Shown piece after piece: positions 16,179 through 25,412 of a DNA stretch of 32,000 nt. This stretch comes from Candidatus Saccharimonadota bacterium. GTDB taxonomy: Bacteria; Patescibacteriota; Saccharimonadia; Saccharimonadales; Saccharimonadaceae. The stretch lies in the NCBI GenBank assembly GCA_001029695.1, contig CP011211.1, forward strand, positions 210,001 through 242,000, read 5' to 3'. Position 1 is the first letter of the stretch, and each line of letters begins with the position of its first letter. Made by a program: the position numbers and the translations under genes. Under the pieces are notes generated by a model. It was not told the origin of the DNA, searched no databases, and saw nothing but the letters and a program-made list of their open reading frames with translations.

Positions 16179-16610
16179 TTATTTTGCTTCAGCTACTTCT
16201 TCAGCTTTTGGCTCTTCTTTTACAGGAGCTTCCGCTACGGTATTAATACCTTCACGGTCGAAGTTGACAGCCTTAAGGCGTGCACTCTTACCACTACGGT
16301 TACGTAGGAAAGAAAGGAAGTTGCGGCGTACTTTCGCACGACGAGTTACTTCTACCTTTTCAACAAGTGGATTATGAAGAAGGAAGCTCTTCTCTACACC
16401 AACGCCGCTTGCAATTTTGCGAACAGTAATGCGAGATGTGTGAGAATTTTTGTTATCAGTACGGATAACAACACCTTCAAAGATCTGAATACGCTCTTTG
16501 TTGCCTTCTTTAATTTTTTGGTGGACACGAACAGTGTCACCACTACGAACGTCAACGACGTCATGCTTCTTTTGTTCTTCATTCACTTTTTGGATTAGTG
16601 CAAAACTCAT
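16179..16610 (-). CDS. rplS: 50S ribosomal protein L19
   Basis: 143 aa. The L19 core reads RSGDTVRVHQKIKEGNKERIQIFEGVVI...ITVRKIASGVGVEKSF..HNP. A C-terminal A/E/K/P-rich extension of about 28 aa follows. Confidence 0.95.
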   Translation of the reverse strand: MSFALIQKVNEEQKKHDVVDVRSGDTVRVHQKIKEGNKERIQIFEGVVIRTDNKNSHTSRITVRKIASGVGVEKSFLLHNPLVEKVEVTRRAKVRRNFLSFLRNRSGKSARLKAVNFDREGINTVAEAPVKEEPKAEEVAEAK

Positions 16611-16651
16611 TTTTTCTCTCGCTTAATTCTTATAAATACAATCAACTTTAA

Positions 16652-16660
16652 ACTATAGCA
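16652..16660 (-). promoter_or_regulatory. Extended -10 promoter (TGCTATAGT) for rplS
   Basis: The minus strand reads TGCTATAGT about 40 nt upstream of the rplS ATG. It is embedded in the near-palindrome AAACTAT-gct-ATAGTTT. Confidence 0.5.
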
Positions 16661-16697
16661 TAGTTTCGTCTGTTTTAAAAGGGGTTAATCGATTATT

Positions 16698-18323
16698 CTA
16701 AATAGCTCGATTGACTTCTTCGAGGGTTGTTTCCCCGCGTAATGCCGCAAGCACACCTGCCTGGATGAGCGTCAGAAGTCCATCAGCTTTTGCCGCCTTT
16801 TCGATCGACTCCGGGTTTGCATCTGCAATGTCGCCACGGAGGAATTTCTGGATATTCTCATTGACTACCATCTGCTCCATCACTACGATTCGCCCCTTAA
16901 AGCCAAACGGCGCGTCTTCATGAACTCGTGGCCGCCAAAGCTTAAAGTTATCGAGGTCAACACCTCCTAGACGGTCTTTTGGCACATCTTCGAGCACTTT
17001 TTGTACCCATCTCTTTGTTGCTTCATCTGGCTCATACTCTTCTTTTGATGGATCGTACAGCTTACGCACAAGCCGCTGTGCAATAAGAAGTCGAATCGCG
17101 GAGCTAAATATAGGGTTAATACCGATCATACCGATCATTCGAGAAAACGCCGCACTAGTAGAGTTAGCGTGGAATGATGATAACACTAGGTGACCGGTAA
17201 TTGACGCTTGAATAGCAGTCTTGGCGGTATCAACGTCACGGATCTCACCGAGCATCACGACATCAGGGTCAAGACGCAGAATGGAGCGAAGTCCATCGGC
17301 AAACGTTTGTCCGTGGGTTGTATCCACTGGAATCTGAGCAATACCTCCAATGCCATATTCGATCGGATCCTCAAGGGTGAGGATTTTGCGATCAGGTGTA
17401 TTAAGTGCATTCAAGATACTGTAAAGCGTCGTTGACTTACCGCTACCTGTAGGTCCTACCATCAACATCATACCGCGAGGATGACTAACAATCTCATTGA
17501 TCTGAGCGCGCTCCTTTGGCGGTATACCGAGAAGATCGAGATTAAGCATACTCTCGTCAAAGTTAAAAAGACGCATCACCGCATCTTGACCATACATAGT
17601 CGGCACTGTCTCAATACGAATATTAAGAAGGTGTGTCGCGCCATCCCTGTGGATGTCTTTTTGGATATGCCCAGACTGAGACGTTTTTGCCGCAGAGGAG
17701 ATATTCGCTCGACTACCAATTGCCCCCATGAGGATACGGTATTTGTCTTTCTCAATATCAGCGACTGGGTGAAGCGCACCATCAACACGCATACGTACAC
17801 GAATATATGTTCGCTGGTTCTCAATGTGAATATCGCTTGCCTGTAGGCGGTCTGCTTGGTCGATCAAGTAGTCGAGCATCTGGTCAGAGCCGACCGAGTT
17901 GAGCGTCTTACTTACGGTTGCGATCGTCGTACTATCGCCTTCTTTTGCGATAGTGATATCGTCATAGATGATCTTCTTTGGCGGATCATAACGATTCATC
18001 AAAACCTGATAGCCACCGCCGCTAATCAAGAATATCTGTGCTTCACGACCCTCATCGGCATACGACTGCCGAAGCTTTTGAATCAGCGACTGTGGCGTCT
18101 GACTAGTTGCGCCAAATCGAAACGGCTCATACTCCGACCCCATCTGTAGAGGGACGATACGGTTTTTATGCATGTCCTCAATAGACATGAGCTCAGGGAC
18201 AAGCGTTAGTTCATCTTCAAAATCTCGAGCATCAAGATACTGCAGCCCCAATATAGCGGCACGTTGTTGGGTTGACTTTTCTTCATGGTCTCGCCGCTGA
18301 TGCTGAATCTTTTTCTCATCCAT
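16698..18323 (-). CDS. PilB/GspE/ComGA-family secretion or type IV pilus ATPase
   Basis: 541 aa. N-terminal T2SSE_N-like domain, Walker A GPTGSGKST, Asp box, Walker B and His box (LVLSSFHAN). The C-terminal tetracysteine positions are all substituted. Confidence 0.9.
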   Translation of the reverse strand: MDEKKIQHQRRDHEEKSTQQRAAILGLQYLDARDFEDELTLVPELMSIEDMHKNRIVPLQMGSEYEPFRFGATSQTPQSLIQKLRQSYADEGREAQIFLISGGGYQVLMNRYDPPKKIIYDDITIAKEGDSTTIATVSKTLNSVGSDQMLDYLIDQADRLQASDIHIENQRTYIRVRMRVDGALHPVADIEKDKYRILMGAIGSRANISSAAKTSQSGHIQKDIHRDGATHLLNIRIETVPTMYGQDAVMRLFNFDESMLNLDLLGIPPKERAQINEIVSHPRGMMLMVGPTGSGKSTTLYSILNALNTPDRKILTLEDPIEYGIGGIAQIPVDTTHGQTFADGLRSILRLDPDVVMLGEIRDVDTAKTAIQASITGHLVLSSFHANSTSAAFSRMIGMIGINPIFSSAIRLLIAQRLVRKLYDPSKEEYEPDEATKRWVQKVLEDVPKDRLGGVDLDNFKLWRPRVHEDAPFGFKGRIVVMEQMVVNENIQKFLRGDIADANPESIEKAAKADGLLTLIQAGVLAALRGETTLEEVNRAI

Positions 18324-18331
18324 TACTCTGT

Positions 18332-18340
18332 ATCATAGCA
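18332..18340 (-). promoter_or_regulatory. Extended -10 promoter (TGCTATGAT) for the PilB-like gene (leaderless configuration)
   Basis: The minus strand reads TGCTATGAT-acagagta-ATG, 8 nt to the start codon, with no Shine-Dalgarno. Confidence 0.55.
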
Positions 18341-18369
18341 TAAAAGCATGAGTATTTTTAGATGGTACA

Positions 18370-18870
18370 ATGAAGTACATGCCAGAAATCATCGTCATCG
18401 CCCACAACATCCGATCCACTCACAATATCGGAGCAATTTTTCGCACATGCGAAGGCTTTGGGGTGACAAAAATCATCCTGAGTGGCTACTCACCGTATCC
18501 ATCCCTCCCGTCTGATGACCCACGACTCCCTCATATCGCAGAGAAACTTACGAGTCAAATCCACAAAACTGCACTTGATGCGGAAATGATGGTTCCGTTT
18601 GAGTACAGCGAGACACCTGATCTTGCGACCTTACGGCAAGACGGCTATAGGATTGTCGGGCTAGAGCAAGACGACACTTCAGTCATACTCAATGAATATA
18701 GTGCACCTGAAAAAATTGCACTACTTCTTGGCGAAGAAGTGCACGGCCTAACAAATGAACTGCGTGAGAGCTGCGATGATCTCATCGAAATACCGATGGT
18801 AGGCAAGAAAGAATCATTCAATGTCAGTGTTGCCTGCGGTATAGCGCTCTACGGATTAAACTACTCGTGA
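18370..18870 (+). CDS. SpoU/TrmH-family RNA 2'-O-methyltransferase
   Basis: 166 aa. SPOUT motifs NIGAIFRTCEGFGV, LLLGEEVHGL and IEIPMVGKKESFNVSVACGIALY. Confidence 0.85.
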   Translation: MKYMPEIIVIAHNIRSTHNIGAIFRTCEGFGVTKIILSGYSPYPSLPSDDPRLPHIAEKLTSQIHKTALDAEMMVPFEYSETPDLATLRQDGYRIVGLEQDDTSVILNEYSAPEKIALLLGEEVHGLTNELRESCDDLIEIPMVGKKESFNVSVACGIALYGLNYS

Positions 18871-19421
18871 CGAGCCGACTTTAATAGCCGTGCAAACCAT
18901 ATCAGTTCAGTATAGAGCTTAGTTACGTTCGTTTCGTAACGCTTACTGTATTCATCGACAATCACCCCCGTCTCATCAAATACATCTTGGATGTTTGGGA
19001 AATAGACGTCCCAACTCATCACAACAAGTCCAGTCTCTCGTACCGCCGGCACTAACGATTCAATAGCCCGAACGCCACCCCAATGCCCGTTACTGACTCC
19101 AGCAAAAGCAACAGGTTTATGGTTATAGTTCGCAAGTTCACTATCGAGCATTCGCTTTAGACTCCCGGGGAAGCTGTGATTGTACTCTGGAGTTACAACA
19201 AAAAATGCGTCTGCCTCCCCAGTGATCTTCGTATACCTCTCGTCTTTCCCTTCGGGGTCATTGCCGTCACCCTCAAAAGAAAAATCAACAGGGTCAACAA
19301 AAACAATCTCAACATCAGGAAGTAGCTCACCGATGCGTGCAATATACCTTGCTGCATGAATTGATTGACGCTGTTTTCTCGTTGTGCCTGCAAGTACTGC
19401 AATCTTGATTGGCTGTGACAT
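18861..19421 (-). CDS. NAD(P)H-dependent FMN reductase family oxidoreductase
   Basis: 186 aa. Flavodoxin-like pattern IKIAVLAGTTRKQRQS...FFVVTPEYNHSFPGSLK. GGAGG lies upstream of the ATG. Confidence 0.85.
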   Translation of the reverse strand: MSQPIKIAVLAGTTRKQRQSIHAARYIARIGELLPDVEIVFVDPVDFSFEGDGNDPEGKDERYTKITGEADAFFVVTPEYNHSFPGSLKRMLDSELANYNHKPVAFAGVSNGHWGGVRAIESLVPAVRETGLVVMSWDVYFPNIQDVFDETGVIVDEYSKRYETNVTKLYTELIWFARLLKSARHE

Positions 19422-19451
19422 TTTCTACCTCCAGTTATTTTCTAATAGTAG

Positions 19452-22400
19452 CTATTTTTGAGCAACACAGTCTTCGCCAAGAAGCTTCACTAGCTCGCCT
19501 ATCAGCAACTCGCTATTATCAACGGTAAATGGAAGTCTAATTGCCGATTTCTTCTCTGCGCCAAGCACTAATACAATATCGGATGCTCCTGGAAAACTAC
19601 TACATGTCTGCTTCAGCGCTAAAAGTGCTGCGTGGTCGTCAGGATCTTTAATATGCACAAATATCTTCTTTGGCTGAGGAATCTCTAGGATAGGTCGAGG
19701 CGCTGCAGCTGCTTTCTTTGGCTCTTCTTCAGTCTTTTTCGCTGCAACAGGCATTGGAATGCCCGTCTTCTTTGATTTGTATTCAGCAACACGCTGCGCT
19801 TTTACCTGGGTGCTCATTCGAGGCGCCTCCATCTTCCGTCCCGTAGATTCGTACTCGCGCAGCTCCTTATCCGTAATCTCATTGATCTCATCGGCGATAA
19901 GCTTCGCCTCACTGCCGAGGTTTCCCTCACGGTCACGAGCGCTAATCTTACCACTTACACGAACAACTGCATCTTGTACAAGTTTTGCTCCGACTTGCTC
20001 ATAGAGATTCGGAAAAACGATGACCTCGCCCTCTCCTGTTTTATCTTCAAGCCCTACGAATGCCATTTTCGTTCCGGATTTTGTAATGATCGTTCGAACA
20101 GTACTAACAAGACCACCGATAATCGCCTTCTTGCTATCAAAATCTGGTGTAATGCGTGTCAGCGGAATAGTCTGCTCCTCAAAGAAAGCATCATAATGGT
20201 CAAGTGGGTGGGCGCTAATATACAGTCCGAGCAGCTCGCGTTCCCACGTAAGGCGCTCTTTCTCCGTATGCTTAGCTGGAGCCGGCTGCATAGCTACTGT
20301 CGGCTGGATATTCTCATTACCCGACAAGCCACCGAATAGATCAGTTTGACCGCTCAGGGCCTCTTTGTGGAGTTTGCTTGAAAACGCCAAAAGATTCTCG
20401 AGATTATAGAGTAAGTCGGAACGATCACCAAGTACATCGAAAGCCCCCGCCTTAATGAGCGACTCCCAGCCCTTTTTATTCACCTTGCTCGTACTAACGC
20501 GCTTGGCAAAATCTTCTACGCTCACAAACGGACCGTCATTTCGTGCGCGAAGAATCTCTTCTACCGCCCCCACACCAACACCTTTGATCGCCGCCATACC
20601 GAATCGAATTTGGTTTTCATTTGGCACAATCGCAAATTCAACGAATGATTCATTTACATCAGGTGAAAGGACTTTCATACCCATATGCTTACACTCGGAA
20701 ATTTCAATCGCCAAACGATCAATATCATCCTGATCACTCGTCATCAATGCTGCCATAAATGCATCTGGGTAATGTGCCTTTAGGTATGCCGTCCAATAAG
20801 AGATGAGGCCGTAGCACGCTGCGTGAGATTTATTGAAACAGTAATTCGCAAACTCTTCGAGCTGATCCCAGAATTTTTCAGCGATCTCTTTTTTTGCACC
20901 GCTATGCTTAACCGCGCCATCGACAAAATCAACCTTCACTTTACGCATAAGATCAATCTTCTTCTTGCCTACAGCCTTACGAAGTGTGTCCGCTTGACCA
21001 CCTGTAAATCCTGACCACTCTTTGGAGATCTGCATAAACTGCTCTTGATATACAAGAATACCGTATGTACTAGATAGCGAATTCTCCATACCGGGGTGGA
21101 GGTATTCAATGGGCTCTTGTCCATGTTTACGCTTAATAAAGCTATCGATAAACTGCATAGGACCTGGTCGGTACAAAGCAACCATCGCAATAATATCTTC
21201 AAATACTGTCGGTTTTAGCTCGCGCAGATAGCGCTTCATACCGGCAGACTCAAGCTGGAATACTCCAGTTGTATCTCCACGCTGGAACAGTTCATACGTC
21301 TTCACGTCATCGAGAGGAATCTTCGAAAGATCAATCTCATCTTTATACACCTTCTTGATAATACGGAGTGCGTTGTTGATAATTGTCAGGTTTGAGAGTC
21401 CCAAAAAGTCCATCTTAAGCAGACCAAGTTCCTCTACCTCACCCATTGGAAATTGGGTTGAAACCACCCCTTTTTGTGCCATTTCGAGTGGCAAATATTT
21501 CACAAGTACATCAGGTGCGATCACTACTCCACAGGCATGAACACCATGACTTCGAATTGTTCCTTCGAGACGGACGGCAAAATCAAAAACTGTTTTCGCT
21601 GTCGGATTTGAGTCGTACTCTTTTTTGAGATCAACGTCTTCAACAATAGACGTCTTGAGAGGAATATGACGTCCTTGCGCAGGAGGCGGAATCATCTTTG
21701 ACAGGCGATCTGCCTCTGCATACGGCACCTGTAGCACACGAGCGACATCACGTACGGCTGCTCGAGCTGCCATTTTACCAAAAGTCACAATATTTGATAC
21801 GTGGTCGGCGCCATACTTATCTGAACAATACTGAATCACCTCATCACGGCGCGTATCCTGAATATCAACATCGATATCCGGCATGGAAATACGATCAGGA
21901 TTAAGGAAACGCTCAAACAGCAGTCCGTACTTCAATGGATCGAGATCTGTAATTTTGAGTGCATAGGCAATGATAGAGCCGGCAGCAGAGCCACGACCAG
22001 GGCCAAAAATAATTCCTTGGTCTTTGCCCCAGTTAATGAAGTCCTGGACGATCAAGAAATAGGCATTGTACCCCATCTTATCGAGCACTCCTAGCTCCAT
22101 TTCAAGTCGCTCGGTCTGCTCTTCGTTTAGAAGTGGCTTAACTGCCTCAACTTCCATTTTTTTTGCGTCTTCAGGTTCAATCCCTCCGTAGCGCATTGCC
22201 ATTCCTCGGTACACCAACTTATCGAGGAATGTTTTCTCCGTCTCGCCCTCAGGAACAGGGAAGGTCGGAATAAGGATACCCCCGAGCTCAAGCTCAACAT
22301 TACAGCGCTCAGCAATACGCTTTGTGTTTGCGATCGCCTCTGGGTTTGTATCGCTCCATCGACTAATGATATCCGCAGGATCAGTTACATGAAGCTCAAA

Positions 22401-23186
22401 GTCCTTCAGACTCATTCTCTTTTCGTCTGCCAGGAATGCTCCGGTTCCCACACAAAGAAGGATCTCATGCGCGTCTTGATCGTCATGGCTGAGATAGTGG
22501 CCATCACTCGTAACAACACAGGGTATGTCAAGTTCAGCAGATATCTTATCTAGGCCTTTATTAACCTCCACCTGAACATCCCACTTAGCAGGACAATCTG
22601 GATGACCATGATCCTGAAGCTCCAGATAATACCGATCACCAAAAATTGATTTGTACCAGGCCGCAGTATCGCGCGCTTTTTCATAATCCCCATTCCTAAG
22701 CGCCTCACCCACTTCACCACTTGCACATGCCGAGAGGGCAATAATACCTTCGTTAAGCTCTTCAAGCAGCTCATGATCAATACGTGGCTTGTAATAGATA
22801 CCTTCGAGGTTTGCAGTTGTAGATAATTTCATGAGGTTCTTATACCCTGTCTCGTTCATCGCGAGGAGAATAAGATGATAGCGAGCCTTATCCTTGGCTG
22901 GATCGCGATCATGACGACTGCGCGCAGCGACATACGCCTCCATACCGATAATCGGCTTCACGCCAGCGTCCTTGGCTGACTTATAAAAATCTACCGCGCC
23001 AGACATTGTCCCGTGATCTGTCACGGCAACCGCCTCCATGCCCATATCTTTGACAGCATTTACGAGATCGGGTATCTTTGTTAACCCGTCCAACAGGCTG
23101 TGGTGTGTGTGATTATGTAAGTGCACATAATCAGCCGGTGTAAGTTGCGTTTTTTTCGCCACAACTGTTGCTGTTTCTACCCCCAT
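19452..23186 (-). CDS. dnaE: DNA polymerase III alpha subunit DnaE
   Basis: 1244 aa. N-terminal PHP domain (HLHNHTHHSLLDG), polymerase core, (HhH)2 and OB-fold regions, then a K/E/P/A-rich linker and a small C-terminal domain. Confidence 0.95.
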   Translation of the reverse strand: MGVETATVVAKKTQLTPADYVHLHNHTHHSLLDGLTKIPDLVNAVKDMGMEAVAVTDHGTMSGAVDFYKSAKDAGVKPIIGMEAYVAARSRHDRDPAKDKARYHLILLAMNETGYKNLMKLSTTANLEGIYYKPRIDHELLEELNEGIIALSACASGEVGEALRNGDYEKARDTAAWYKSIFGDRYYLELQDHGHPDCPAKWDVQVEVNKGLDKISAELDIPCVVTSDGHYLSHDDQDAHEILLCVGTGAFLADEKRMSLKDFELHVTDPADIISRWSDTNPEAIANTKRIAERCNVELELGGILIPTFPVPEGETEKTFLDKLVYRGMAMRYGGIEPEDAKKMEVEAVKPLLNEEQTERLEMELGVLDKMGYNAYFLIVQDFINWGKDQGIIFGPGRGSAAGSIIAYALKITDLDPLKYGLLFERFLNPDRISMPDIDVDIQDTRRDEVIQYCSDKYGADHVSNIVTFGKMAARAAVRDVARVLQVPYAEADRLSKMIPPPAQGRHIPLKTSIVEDVDLKKEYDSNPTAKTVFDFAVRLEGTIRSHGVHACGVVIAPDVLVKYLPLEMAQKGVVSTQFPMGEVEELGLLKMDFLGLSNLTIINNALRIIKKVYKDEIDLSKIPLDDVKTYELFQRGDTTGVFQLESAGMKRYLRELKPTVFEDIIAMVALYRPGPMQFIDSFIKRKHGQEPIEYLHPGMENSLSSTYGILVYQEQFMQISKEWSGFTGGQADTLRKAVGKKKIDLMRKVKVDFVDGAVKHSGAKKEIAEKFWDQLEEFANYCFNKSHAACYGLISYWTAYLKAHYPDAFMAALMTSDQDDIDRLAIEISECKHMGMKVLSPDVNESFVEFAIVPNENQIRFGMAAIKGVGVGAVEEILRARNDGPFVSVEDFAKRVSTSKVNKKGWESLIKAGAFDVLGDRSDLLYNLENLLAFSSKLHKEALSGQTDLFGGLSGNENIQPTVAMQPAPAKHTEKERLTWERELLGLYISAHPLDHYDAFFEEQTIPLTRITPDFDSKKAIIGGLVSTVRTIITKSGTKMAFVGLEDKTGEGEVIVFPNLYEQVGAKLVQDAVVRVSGKISARDREGNLGSEAKLIADEINEITDKELREYESTGRKMEAPRMSTQVKAQRVAEYKSKKTGIPMPVAAKKTEEEPKKAAAAPRPILEIPQPKKIFVHIKDPDDHAALLALKQTCSSFPGASDIVLVLGAEKKSAIRLPFTVDNSELLIGELVKLLGEDCVAQK

Positions 23187-23196
23187 AACTATTACT

Positions 23197-23202
23197 AGTA
23201 TA
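23197..23202 (-). promoter_or_regulatory. Candidate -10 box (TATACT) 10 nt upstream of the dnaE ATG
   Basis: The minus strand reads TATACT-agtaatagtt-ATG, with no Shine-Dalgarno. Confidence 0.35.
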
Positions 23203-23249
23203 GCGAACTACAAGCGTAATAGCTGTAGTAAAATATGCATGACCCTCCT

Positions 23250-23567
23250 CTAGCGACGAGGTCGACTCATTGCATCAAGAATTCCATTGATGAAATCACC
23301 AAGCACAGGGAACCAGTCTACAAACTGACCAAGAACAGCAATCGTAATCGCAACCAGCAGGGTACCACCTAGCACACTACCAAACCCAAAAAATAAACCT
23401 CTAACAAAGTTCATCTTGTAGATATTGGCGCGATCATCATACATATCATTAAACATCTCTTCGACGATAGCTCGCCTTGCGCCCATTCGCTCACCGTCAA
23501 TCACGGCTTTTTTCAGTGACTTCTTGGGAGTTTTTTTAGTTTGGGTAGTCTTTTTTTGCTCTGTCAT
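23250..23567 (-). CDS. Small membrane protein, DUF5665-like
   Basis: 105 aa. Basic N-terminus followed by NFVRGLFFGFGSVLGGTLLVAITIAVLG. The family assignment is from memory of the DUF5665 pattern and has not been searched. Confidence 0.6.
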   Translation of the reverse strand: MTEQKKTTQTKKTPKKSLKKAVIDGERMGARRAIVEEMFNDMYDDRANIYKMNFVRGLFFGFGSVLGGTLLVAITIAVLGQFVDWFPVLGDFINGILDAMSRPRR

Positions 23568-23576
23568 AATTTATAT

Positions 23577-23585
23577 ATCATAGCA
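23577..23585 (-). promoter_or_regulatory. Extended -10 promoter (TGCTATGAT) for the DUF5665-like gene
   Basis: The minus strand reads TGCTATGAT-atataaatt-ATG, 9 nt to the start codon, with no Shine-Dalgarno. Confidence 0.55.
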
Positions 23586-23588
23586 TAT

Positions 23589-23619
23589 AAATAACACCCC
23601 ACAGATAGGGGTGTTATTT
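23589..23619 (-). terminator. Intrinsic terminator after the YtxH gene
   Basis: AAATAACACCCC-acagata-GGGGTGTTATTT forms a 12-bp stem with T-rich ends, 16 nt downstream of the YtxH stop. Confidence 0.7.
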
Positions 23620-23634
23620 ATAGTGCAACTATTC

Positions 23635-23880
23635 TTATTTACGAAAGTGCTTTTTCGCTTCGTCGACAGCATCTTCTGCGCTGTGCTTCACCTCATCGAA
23701 TGTCTTTTCCGCTTTGTCGCGAGCGTCTTTTACGCCGCTATCCGCACGAGACTTTAACTCTTCGGCCTTGGCTTTGAGATCTGCTCGCGTCTCTTTACCA
23801 CTTTTTGGAGCAGTCAGTACGCCAGCTACAATACCGGCTACTGCTCCTATAATTGCGCCAAATGCTAATTTCTTTGACAT
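23635..23880 (-). CDS. YtxH domain-containing protein
   Basis: 81 aa. The N-terminal pattern GAIIGAVAGIVAGVLTAPKSGKETRADLK is followed by a K/E/A-rich helix. AAGGAGGAG lies upstream. Confidence 0.8.
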   Translation of the reverse strand: MSKKLAFGAIIGAVAGIVAGVLTAPKSGKETRADLKAKAEELKSRADSGVKDARDKAEKTFDEVKHSAEDAVDEAKKHFRK

Positions 23881-23890
23881 TATCTCCTCC

Positions 23891-24136
23891 TTATTTCTGC
23901 TTTTTTGTTCGCTTAAGCTGCTTCGACACGAGCCGTATCAAGAATGCTGGCGAGGAAAATCGAGAGAAATTCGAAACAACACCTTCGATACCACTCGCTG
24001 TTCGTTGAGCAGACTCTGTAATTGTCTTGATTTGTTGCGTTACTCGAATAAGAAGGACCGTAAGGACGATACCAAGCAATAAGAAAATTGCAAGAAATAC
24101 CGACAGTATGATCACAAGGATTTGAGCCCATTCCAT
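23891..24136 (-). CDS. Small membrane protein, DUF948-like
   Basis: 81 aa. One N-terminal TM helix followed by an amphipathic helix. It is adjacent to a YtxH gene, as DUF948 is in Firmicutes. The assignment is tentative. Confidence 0.55.
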   Translation of the reverse strand: MEWAQILVIILSVFLAIFLLLGIVLTVLLIRVTQQIKTITESAQRTASGIEGVVSNFSRFSSPAFLIRLVSKQLKRTKKQK

Positions 24137-24175
24137 AGCTATGCGTACTCCATATTAATGTTAACGTTTAGCTAC

Positions 24176-24184
24176 AGTATAGCA
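24176..24184 (-). promoter_or_regulatory. Extended -10 promoter (TGCTATACT) for the DUF948-like/YtxH pair
   Basis: The minus strand reads TGCTATACT about 40 nt upstream of the ATG at 24136. A TGGAG Shine-Dalgarno lies in between. Confidence 0.5.
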
Positions 24185-24191
24185 GATCTAC

Positions 24192-24455
24192 CTACGCTTT
24201 ACTTCGACCGGTAACAAGTCGGAGTAAGAAGATCAAAATAAGAGCTCCGACGAGTGCAACGATGAAGCTGTAGAAGTTGAATCCTGTCACTTCAGATCCG
24301 CCAAGTGTTGAAAATACAAATCCACCAATAAATGCACCAATAATTCCAACAATAATGTTCTTGAGAAGACCACCGTTTTCCTTACTAATCATTGAGGCTA
24401 CCCATCCAGCAAGTCCACCAAGCACGATCCAGCCAATTATCCCCATTGCATCCAT
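24192..24455 (-). CDS. GlsB/YeaQ/YmgE-family stress membrane protein (transglycosylase-associated)
   Basis: 87 aa. Family pattern GIIGWIVLGGLAGWVA...IIVGIIGAFIGGFVF. AAAGGAG Shine-Dalgarno. Confidence 0.85.
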   Translation of the reverse strand: MDAMGIIGWIVLGGLAGWVASMISKENGGLLKNIIVGIIGAFIGGFVFSTLGGSEVTGFNFYSFIVALVGALILIFLLRLVTGRSKA

Positions 24456-24526
24456 GTATGTTCTCCTTTGTTTACATTTGTACGTATTACTATACTGCAG
24501 GAATATACACGATACTGTAAGAAAAA

Positions 24527-25411
24527 TTACAAACTTTTATCAAGTCGCTCACGGAGGTACTTCGCAAGTTTCTCGCCGTACTCATCACTCTCAAGCGCAA
24601 CATCAACTACAGCCTTGATGTACTTCAACTGGTCGCCGGTGTCGTGCCAGATACCCTCAATAAAGCGTCCGTATACCTCATCCTGCTGAGCAAGCTCATT
24701 AATACTATCAGCGAGTGTAATCTCACCATTCTTATCCGCCTTCTCTTTGGCGATAATAGGCAGGATATCAGCTGTCAGAAGATATCCACCAACCGACGCA
24801 AGGTTGCTCGGAGCGTTTTTCTCGCCAGGCTTTTCAACCAGTTGCGTCAACTGGAAGGTGTGCTGATCAATCTTAGTATCAATTGCCGCCATGCCATATT
24901 TATCAGCGTCTTTTTTATCAACCTCGATCAGTGAAATGACTGACTTTCCCGTCTTTTCATACGCTTCTAGGAGTTGTTTCGCACGAGGCACTTCACTACG
25001 GAAGAAGTCATCTGCAAAAAACACAAAGAACGGTTCATCGTCATCAATCAAGTGTTGCGCATTTAAAATTGGACGAGCGTTACCTTTCGGAGTGCCCTTT
25101 TGACGCACGTATACAAAATTTGCAAGTTCTGCGATCTTCTTGATTTCATCCGCCTTATCGTGCTTTCCTTTCTCGCGAAGCTCAGCTTCGAGCTCATCGG
25201 AACGGTCAAAATGATCTTCGATTGCGCGCTTAGTACTACCGGTCACAATAATAATTTCCGTTACGCCAGCAGATACCGCCTCCTCGACGATCAGCTGAAT
25301 AACGGGACGGTCAATGATTGGCAACATTTCCTTTGGCATCGCCTTTGTTTGAGGAAGAAACCTCGTCCCAAGTCCTGCTGCACAAATAATAGCTTTTGTA
25401 GGTTTTTTCAT
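24527..25411 (-). CDS. galU: UTP--glucose-1-phosphate uridylyltransferase
   Basis: 294 aa. N-terminal AAGLGTRFLPQTKAMPKEMLPIIDRPVIQLIVEEA plus VEKP and GGY motifs. GGGAGGAAG Shine-Dalgarno. Confidence 0.92.
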   Translation of the reverse strand: MKKPTKAIICAAGLGTRFLPQTKAMPKEMLPIIDRPVIQLIVEEAVSAGVTEIIIVTGSTKRAIEDHFDRSDELEAELREKGKHDKADEIKKIAELANFVYVRQKGTPKGNARPILNAQHLIDDDEPFFVFFADDFFRSEVPRAKQLLEAYEKTGKSVISLIEVDKKDADKYGMAAIDTKIDQHTFQLTQLVEKPGEKNAPSNLASVGGYLLTADILPIIAKEKADKNGEITLADSINELAQQDEVYGRFIEGIWHDTGDQLKYIKAVVDVALESDEYGEKLAKYLRERLDKSL

Positions 25412-25412
25412 A

